Shown in pieces: positions 1 to 5,987 of a stretch of 5,987 bases of DNA (position 1 is the first letter of the stretch; each line of letters starts with the position of its first letter). The notes under the pieces are model-generated. The model searched no databases, had not been told where the DNA came from, and saw only the letters and a program-made list of their open reading frames with translations. Position numbers and translations under genes: made by a program. The DNA comes from Ascoidea asiatica JCM 7603 (Eukaryota > Fungi > Ascomycota): NCBI GenBank assembly GCA_001600695.1, contig BCKQ01000010.1, positions 313,714 through 319,700 on the forward strand. The letters run 5' to 3'.

Positions 1-124
1 AGTAATAAACAATGATATAAACAATACGAATAAATGAAGGTGTAAGTAGATAGTAATTAAATATATTAAACAGATCACAAATTATCATCTTGTAAATAAA
101 CATAATTTGAATGCTCTCAGGTCA

Positions 125-1801
125 ATGGATATCATTCCTCCAATACGAAAGAGAGGTAATACTTTATCCACTAATAACTACAGTTCCAATTTAGATTTAC
201 CTTTATTCAATAACAATAGTAATAGTGCTTTTTCTTCAAGGACAAATAGTACAAGTTCAAAATTCAAGCCAAAATTAAATCATATTTTCAATGATGTTAA
301 TAATAATAAGAAAAGACTAAATTTTTCAGTCTTTGTTAAAGTAATCTTACCAATTTTAATATACTGGTTTTTTTTAATCAATTATTATGAAAGAAGTAAA
401 CCTGAAAGAACTATAAGTAAATGTCAATGGAATAATTGGGAATCATGGAATGATAACAGTAATAGCAAAACCAATATAATAGATCCACATAGAATAGCAG
501 TGATAGCAGATCCTCAAATTCTTGATCATTCTTCATATCCTAATAGATTTTCATTAATAAATTATATCACAAGAATTATTTCTGATAATTATATGAGGAA
601 AAATTATAAAATTTTAAATAATTCATTATTACCAAATTCAATTATATTTTTAGGTGATTTGTTTGATGGTGGTAGAGATTTATTATCTGAAAATGAAGAT
701 ATTGAATGGTTTGAAGAATATAAAAGATTTAATTCAATTTTTAAAAATAATTATATAATTAAAAAAAATTGTAAAATTTATAAAAATTTACCTGGTAATC
801 ATGATATTGGTTGGGATACAACTATGAATAAAACTTTAAATAATAGATTTAATGTATTTTTTGGTATCCCAAATGATATAAATTTAATTGGTAATCATTC
901 AATTATAACTTTGGATACAATTTCATTATCAAATTCAAATCCAGAAACTGAAATAAGTCTTGATTCTTCAGAATTTTTGAATAATTATTTACCAAATGAT
1001 AATGAAATATTTAATAACAACCAAGAAAAATTTCCTAGAGTTTTATTAACTCATGTACCTCTTTTTAGAGATCCAATAAAAATTCCATGTAATGGACCAA
1101 GAGAAAATAATAAAAATCCATTTCCATTAATGAATGGAAAAAATTATCAAACAGTTTTAGATAAATCTTTATCAATTGAATTATTAAATAAAATTAATCC
1201 AAATCTTATTTTATCTGGTGATGATCATGATTATTGTGAAATTAATCATTCAAATAATATTAAAGAAATTACTGTTAAATCATTTTCAATGAATATGGGC
1301 ATAAAATATCCTGCTTTTCAATTATTATCTCTATACTATAATAATAAAGATCAACAACAAAACACTCATACTTATGAGAATACTATTTGTCATTTGGATC
1401 CTCCATATGAAATGCTCTTTTCTTATATATTTAACTTCATTTTTACTCAATTATTATTGCTTTTATATATTTTAAATTTTAAAAATATTCAAAAATTTAA
1501 GCCATTCAAGCTCCTTAAGAAAGTATTCAAAAACTATATAAAATCTCTAAAGAAGATATCAAAGCATAAAAATCATCATCATAATAGTAATAACTATGAC
1601 TACAATTACAAATATAAATATAATGAATTATCTCCTTCAAGCTCAGAAAGTGAAAGTGACTTCAACGACCAATTTATTATCAACAACAATAACAATAATA
1701 TCAGTAAGAAGGAAAGCATTTTAATAGATTATCTCACATATGCTTCAATCACTTCCTTTTTGATCTATTTGCTCTTTTTTTACTTTTATAATTCTCTTTG
1801 A
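125..1801 (+). CDS. CDC1: Cdc1-like ER membrane metallophosphoesterase (GPI ethanolamine-phosphate phosphodiesterase; PGAP5/MPPE1 family), 558 aa from ATG 125
   Basis: Calcineurin-like phosphoesterase motifs occur in order: IADPQ (Asp at 509), FLGDLFDGGR (Gly at 653), LPGNHDIG (GNHD 794-805), LLTHVPL (His at 1052) and ILSGDDHDYC (Gly at 1217). Cdc1-typical segments DNYMRKNY, YQT and EITVKSFSMNMGIKYPAFQLLSL are present. There are three hydrophobic segments (~323-388, ~1412-1480, ~1718-1789). The ORF track start at 107 is TTG; the first in-frame ATG is 125. Stop is TGA at 1799-1801. The exact start is less certain than the family call. Confidence 0.93.
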   Translation: MDIIPPIRKRGNTLSTNNYSSNLDLPLFNNNSNSAFSSRTNSTSSKFKPKLNHIFNDVNNNKKRLNFSVFVKVILPILIYWFFLINYYERSKPERTISKCQWNNWESWNDNSNSKTNIIDPHRIAVIADPQILDHSSYPNRFSLINYITRIISDNYMRKNYKILNNSLLPNSIIFLGDLFDGGRDLLSENEDIEWFEEYKRFNSIFKNNYIIKKNCKIYKNLPGNHDIGWDTTMNKTLNNRFNVFFGIPNDINLIGNHSIITLDTISLSNSNPETEISLDSSEFLNNYLPNDNEIFNNNQEKFPRVLLTHVPLFRDPIKIPCNGPRENNKNPFPLMNGKNYQTVLDKSLSIELLNKINPNLILSGDDHDYCEINHSNNIKEITVKSFSMNMGIKYPAFQLLSLYYNNKDQQQNTHTYENTICHLDPPYEMLFSYIFNFIFTQLLLLLYILNFKNIQKFKPFKLLKKVFKNYIKSLKKISKHKNHHHNSNNYDYNYKYKYNELSPSSSESESDFNDQFIINNNNNNISKKESILIDYLTYASITSFLIYLLFFYFYNSL

Positions 1802-1828
1802 CTTGGCTCTTGCCACCCGTCTACCACT

Positions 1829-1859
1829 AATAAATAAACACACCTTTTTTTTCTCTTTT
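1829..1859 (+). terminator. Putative CDC1 3'-end/polyadenylation region
   Basis: Overlapping AATAAA hexamers (1829-1834, 1833-1838) lie ~30 nt after the stop, followed by T8 (1845-1852) and a pyrimidine tract. Such motifs are common in AT-rich DNA, so this is only suggestive; the T tract could also serve as a nucleosome-excluding element for the next promoter. Confidence 0.35.
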
Positions 1860-2022
1860 GTAAACTCTCAAACCAAAACTCAAATAAACCGCCCGACTTG
1901 ACCTTGACTTTGGCCTTTTGTTAATCTTTGTTTCTACTAAAATAGATGAACTAAACAATATTTGACAGAGGAAAGTATATTTATTTTAATATATCATATC
2001 TTATCTCATACCTAAAACAAAT

Positions 2023-3579
2023 ATGTCCAGAATAAGATCAATCAATCTGAAGAGAAGAGCTAAAACTAATCCATTAGAAACAACATTAATTGAATATCTT
2101 GAAGATAGTCCTGCTCATTCATTCTTTTCAAAAGGTGATTATTTATTCAATTTTGATAAAAAATTAATCAATTTAGATTATAATTTAAATTCTAACTTAG
2201 ATTTTAATCCAATTCATGAAAATTTCAATTTGATCAATGATCTTAAATTATCAATTTCAAATAAAACTTCAATTGATAATTTATTCTCTGTAGAAGATAA
2301 TGATAATATTCTTTCACCTATAAAACTGAAAAATATTCAATCTTTTGATACAATTTCAATATCTTCAAATTCTTCTGATAGTTTCTCAGACCTAGAGCCA
2401 GAAGAAGAATATATTCAAGACAATATTCAAGACAATCCTGAATTTAACTCCAACTTTAGAAAAAAAAGAAAATTGTCAAGTTTATTAACATCTAGAGATT
2501 ACAAAATTCTTGAAGAAAAAAAAATTTCAAAAATAATATCGTTGACGAATAATAACTCATCACATAAATTTAACTCAATACAAAATATAAATGATAAAAA
2601 ACATGATTTAAGACTGCGTAATTCAAATCTTTATAAACAATCAGACGAATCAAATAATGGTTTTAAATTATCAAAAGATTTAAATGATCTAAGAAAAGAA
2701 ATTATTGATACAAATTTAGATCCATTAAATGATAGATTATATTCTAAATTTCATAAAGCTTCGGAAAAATCTGAAAAAAGATTTAATAATAATGATAAAG
2801 TTAAATTTCTTAATGATATTGATTTATTAAAAGATTCTTTTGATAATTTATTGAATCTTTGTATTAATTCTTCACTAACTAATATAAAATCAAATGACAA
2901 AATTATTAATAATCATAATTATAATACAAGTAGTTCTATTAATGAAATTGGTGTTAAAGAAAAACGTAGATTACGTTCGAGAATTACAAATCATCATCAA
3001 TCAACTTCCTCGAGTTTAAATCCAAATCCACCAAATTCTATTTTAATAAGTCATTTGAATTCAATTCTACAAAAATTTAATAAAAATTTTAATATTAATA
3101 AATCTTTTTTACAAATTTCAAATATCATTAATAAACTTAATATAAAAAATAAATCAACGATTTCAAAAAATTCAAAAATGGATTCAAATAATTTTTTCCC
3201 ATTAAATACATGTAGTAATTCATATTCCACTACTCCTTTAGCTTTTAAAAATAATATAAATAATGTAAAAATGATAAAACAGTTTTTAAATAAACAATTT
3301 GGTAATATAGAACAAATGGATTTTGGTTTTTTAAGAAATAGTTCTGATTTTCTATTAGATTCTATGATATTAAATGAATTTATTCAATCCTATGATTCAT
3401 TAAACAATGATGATCTTAAAAATTTTCAATTAGACCATCGATTGAATATTGAATCAAGAGCTGATTTAAGTTTTAATACTTTTAAAAATTTTCAAAAATT
3501 ATTAACTAAGCGTTTGGATTTAGATTTAGATATTGATAAATATAATAATAATAATAATAACAATAATAATAATAATAAC

Positions 3580-3643
<64 letters not shown>

Positions 3644-4809
3644 GTAATAATGATATAGATGATGATTATGATTTTACTATTTGTGAAAATGAAAATGAAA
3701 ATTTAACTTTTCCAATTCAATTAACTTCTCATGATAAAGCAATTATTAGTGCTTTATCGAAAATAACTTATATAAATCCTAGAGCTATTTCGTTTCCAAA
3801 AAAGTACAAAAGAAAATCAGATAATAATTCAGCTTCTGATTTTGATTCTGATTCAAAAGATATTAACTCAGATAGAGAAATGCTTAAAACTCCATATATT
3901 TTGTCCTTAAAAAATTTAAACTATTTATCTTTATTGATTAATTTAAGTGTATATAAACTTTTTAAACTTCTTAGATTTTTCAAAATTTGGACTTTTAAAA
4001 ATCAACTAATTAGTTATAAATGCAAAAAAGAAGCCACTAAATCTCTTGGAAGAACAAATTTTTTAAACCATTTTTTCTTGAATACAAATTTTTTAAAAGG
4101 AGGTAATAATGATATTTACAATACTTTTCGAAGATTAAAAAATTCTCTTGAAAGAAATGAATTTAAAACAGAAAGACAACTAAAACAATATGTTCAATCC
4201 GTTTTATCAAAACTTAGAAGTACAAATTCATTCACTGATACAAGGTTAAATAAATCTCCAGGAATATATACAAATCCAATGGAAGATCCTTATAAAGAGC
4301 TTAAAATTTTTTTATCGGACTCAGAATCAGAATTGGACTCAGACTTAGATTCTGATGAAGAATCAAATTATCAAGATATATCAACTAATGAAGAGAAAGA
4401 AAGAGAGAAAGAAATTAAAAATAAAATAAATATAAGAAATTCTTTTTTGAATACTAATCATCTCAAAGAGGAAGAAACTATGACCGTTGAAGAGATTCGA
4501 AATTTAAGAAGAAAAAATTTGAAAAGAAAGTTAAGAAATCTTTATGATGAGGTTTCAGATAGTCCATATTATAATATGATATATGAATCCAACTTTTTAG
4601 TTGAAGTATCCGATGATGAAGATAAAGAGTCTGATGTCGAGGATTTTGAAAGTCAAAGTTATATTGGAATTCATGATACCAAACCAAATTTTCAGACCTT
4701 GAAATTTATTGTTGAAGATGAATACGATAAATCACTATTAGTTTACAATCTTAGATCAGGATCAAAGCTATACAATTTAAACGAATATCTCAAATTCCAG
4801 AATAAATAA
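2023..4809 (+). CDS. SAS4: Probable Sas4 (something about silencing 4), SAS histone acetyltransferase complex subunit; 928 aa, low-complexity Asn/Ser/acidic-rich
   Basis: Long uninterrupted ORF whose ATG has A at -3. DPLNDRLYSKFHKASEKSEKRFNNNDK (from 2719) matches my recollection of the SAS4 domain start (DPLxDxxYxxxH(R/K)xxE(R/K)xEK). The later blocks LTSHD..ALSKITYINP (3721-3780), LFKLLRFFKIW (to 3990) and MTVEEIRNLRRK (from 4480) resemble the rest of Sas4. It is adjacent to CDC1, as SAS4 (YDR181C) is to CDC1 (YDR182W) in S. cerevisiae. Confidence 0.75.
2411..2436 (+). repeat. Perfect 12-nt tandem duplication ATATTCAAGACA x2 (+AT), encoding IQDN-IQDN
   Basis: Read directly at 2411-2422 and 2423-2434; the duplication preserves frame. 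Confidence 0.9.
3544..3642 (+). repeat. Coding trinucleotide microsatellite (AAT)5AAC(AAT)5AAC(AAT)21 encoding 33 consecutive Asn
   Basis: Read directly. It is 99 nt, in frame within the 2023-4809 ORF, and followed by AGT AAT AAT. Confidence 0.98.
3685..3702 (+). repeat. Hexanucleotide repeat (GAAAAT)3 encoding ENENEN
   Basis: Read directly, just downstream of the poly-Asn tract. Confidence 0.85.
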
Positions 4810-4845
4810 ATTAAAAAGCTTAGAAATAAATGAAATTTTAATAAA
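4801..4845 (+). terminator. Putative SAS4 3'-end/polyadenylation region
   Basis: AATAAATAAA overlaps the stop codon (4801-4810), with further AATAAA at 4825-4830 and 4840-4845. Weak evidence given the base composition. Confidence 0.3.
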
Positions 4846-4858
4846 ACTTGTTGAAAAA

Positions 4859-4913
4859 AACACAGAACCACATTGCTGGTATTGTGTGTTCATGTAATGC
4901 GCATGCATGACTG
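4859..4913. promoter_or_regulatory. GC-richer palindromic island ~115-170 nt upstream of the PUS5 ATG; candidate regulatory element
   Basis: Imperfect inverted repeat CACAGAACCA-cattgc-TGGTATTGTG (4861-4886), then TCATG..ATGCGCAT..CATGA (4890-4910), embedded in strongly A/T-rich flanks. Confidence 0.35.
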
Positions 4914-5028
4914 AAACTTAAATCTCGAAAATAAATTTCTTTTGATAAAAATATTTGAATTTGAATATGGAAAATTATTTTTAAGAGAACTTTTCTTTGA
5001 ATCATCTGCTCTTTTCACTTGAATCAAA

Positions 5029-5985
5029 ATGAAGAGAATAAATATCCCAGTATTATTTGAAAATGCAAATTATTTAGTGGTAAATAAACCTCCTTTTATT
5101 TATAGTCAACCCCCAGATACTAGTTTTGCCTGCAGAGACCCAAATTTGTTGAATTTAAAGCGAGATTTAGAAGAAAATAGAACTTTATTACCAGTGTTGA
5201 GTCAACAATTAAGGGTTAGAGATCAGTCCTCAGAAGTTGTGAACTTACAATTAGTGCATAGATTGGATTTTAATGTTTCTGGATGTCTTGTGATTTCAAA
5301 GAATAAAACAACAACCAGAAATTTTAATAAAAATTTAATTAAAAATGGAAATTTTGGTAATTTGATAAAAAGAAAATATATTGCGCTAATAGAACCAATA
5401 TTAGAAAATAATGATACTTTTGAAAATAGATATTTAAATCATCTTAATTATTCTAATTTTGAAAAAACTCAAGGAGTTATTGATCTTCCAATTGAAAATA
5501 AAAATTCTATTACAAAATTTAAAGTACTCCCTTTAGAAAATGTAAAACCTTATTCCAAAACAAAATTAATACTCCTACAGTTATTTTCAGGTAGAAAACA
5601 TCAAATCAGAAAACATTTAAATTATATGAATTATAAAATTATTGGAGATACTTTATATAATTATCCATTGGCCTATAAAAGTGAGAAAAAAAATGAAAAA
5701 TATGAAAGTTGTGAAAGAAAAAAAAATAAAAAACATTATGAAATCATATCTAAATATGATGATAGTACTAAAAAAGCAAAAAAAATTAATCAAAATAGAT
5801 TTCCAAATCAAATCGCATTACATTCTTCTTTGCTTATAACTAAATTAGGATTAAAACAAATTGAAACTTTTGCTCCGATACAATGGAACCAAAATAAAAT
5901 TTGGAGTGAATTATTATTGAAAAAAAATTCAAACGAAATACCAGATTATATTAAAGACGAATTAAAAAGAGAGGTTGAATTTTAA
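5029..5985 (+). CDS. PUS5: Pus5-like RluA-family pseudouridine synthase (mitochondrial 21S/LSU rRNA), 318 aa
   Basis: RluA motifs: VVNKPP (motif I), VHRLDFNVSG with catalytic Asp at 5266-5268 (motif II), RKYIA, GRKHQIR, IIGDTLY and IALHS. Pus5-specific features are IPVLFEN..SQPPD at the N-terminus, KNGNFG, and QIALHSSLLITKLGL. Start context is AAAATG with an in-frame TGA at 5020-5022 upstream; stop is TAA at 5983-5985. Confidence 0.92.
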   Translation: MKRINIPVLFENANYLVVNKPPFIYSQPPDTSFACRDPNLLNLKRDLEENRTLLPVLSQQLRVRDQSSEVVNLQLVHRLDFNVSGCLVISKNKTTTRNFNKNLIKNGNFGNLIKRKYIALIEPILENNDTFENRYLNHLNYSNFEKTQGVIDLPIENKNSITKFKVLPLENVKPYSKTKLILLQLFSGRKHQIRKHLNYMNYKIIGDTLYNYPLAYKSEKKNEKYESCERKKNKKHYEIISKYDDSTKKAKKINQNRFPNQIALHSSLLITKLGLKQIETFAPIQWNQNKIWSELLLKKNSNEIPDYIKDELKREVEF

Positions 5986-5987
5986 AA

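Noticed and set aside
107-124. TTG start given by the ORF track for the first gene
   Set aside because: The locus is eukaryotic, so ATG initiation is expected; the six extra codons carry no recognisable motif.
1799-1837. TGA-C stop context allowing possible readthrough (LGSCHPSTTNK)
   Set aside because: Not a strong known readthrough context such as CARYYA, and the extension ends in no PTS1 or KKXX signal.
1860-1954. Possible 5' UTR intron (GTAAAC...TACTAAA-ATAG) and a Met-Asn-stop uORF at 1946-1954 before SAS4
   Set aside because: Both donor and branch site deviate from consensus, and the TSS is unknown so the uORF may lie outside the transcript.
2854-3720. Intein, intron or transposon as the source of the Sas4 insertion
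   Set aside because: I saw no intein terminal motifs, homing endonuclease signature, TACTAAC branch point or terminal repeats; the sequence looks like low-complexity expansion.
4478-4687. 69-aa minus-strand ORF
   Set aside because: Short antisense shadow entirely inside the Sas4-like CDS, with no recognisable motif.
4831-5010. RRPE-like (TGAAATTTT, TGAAAAAAA) and PAC-like (TCATCTGC) words upstream of PUS5
   Set aside because: None matches the consensus (TGAAAAWTTT; GCGATGAG) and near-matches are expected in such AT-rich DNA.
5642-5839. 65-aa alternative-frame ORF inside PUS5 (possible frameshift product at A-runs)
   Set aside because: The main frame is intact and carries the conserved QIALHS block downstream; the K/I/M-rich composition is what an off-frame read of A-rich sequence gives.
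1-5987. Prokaryotic operon, defence system or CRISPR array
   Set aside because: The genes are fungal housekeeping orthologs of unrelated function, and the only repeats are coding microsatellites with no repeat-spacer structure.

Overview
Very AT-rich, gene-dense eukaryotic DNA, almost certainly from a budding yeast (Saccharomycotina). It holds three tandem + strand genes with ~220-nt spacers and no evident internal introns: (1) CDC1, an ER-membrane Mn2+ metallophosphoesterase of the Cdc1/PGAP5 GPI-remodelling family, whose first in-frame ATG is at 125 (107 is a TTG); (2) a greatly enlarged (928 aa), Asn-rich probable SAS4, a subunit of the Sas2-Sas4-Sas5 histone H4K16 acetyltransferase, whose SAS4 domain appears split by a ~290-aa insertion containing a 33-Asn tract; (3) PUS5, an RluA-family mitochondrial large-rRNA pseudouridine synthase. 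I see no mobile element, CRISPR array or recognisable RNA gene, and no convincing new multi-gene system: this looks like a housekeeping block with ancient yeast synteny. The most interesting signals are the split Sas4 domain, the skewed CTG codon distribution, the ambiguous CDC1 5' end (possible intron or overlapping uORF) and a palindrome cluster upstream of PUS5. All homology calls come from recalled motifs, not from database searches.
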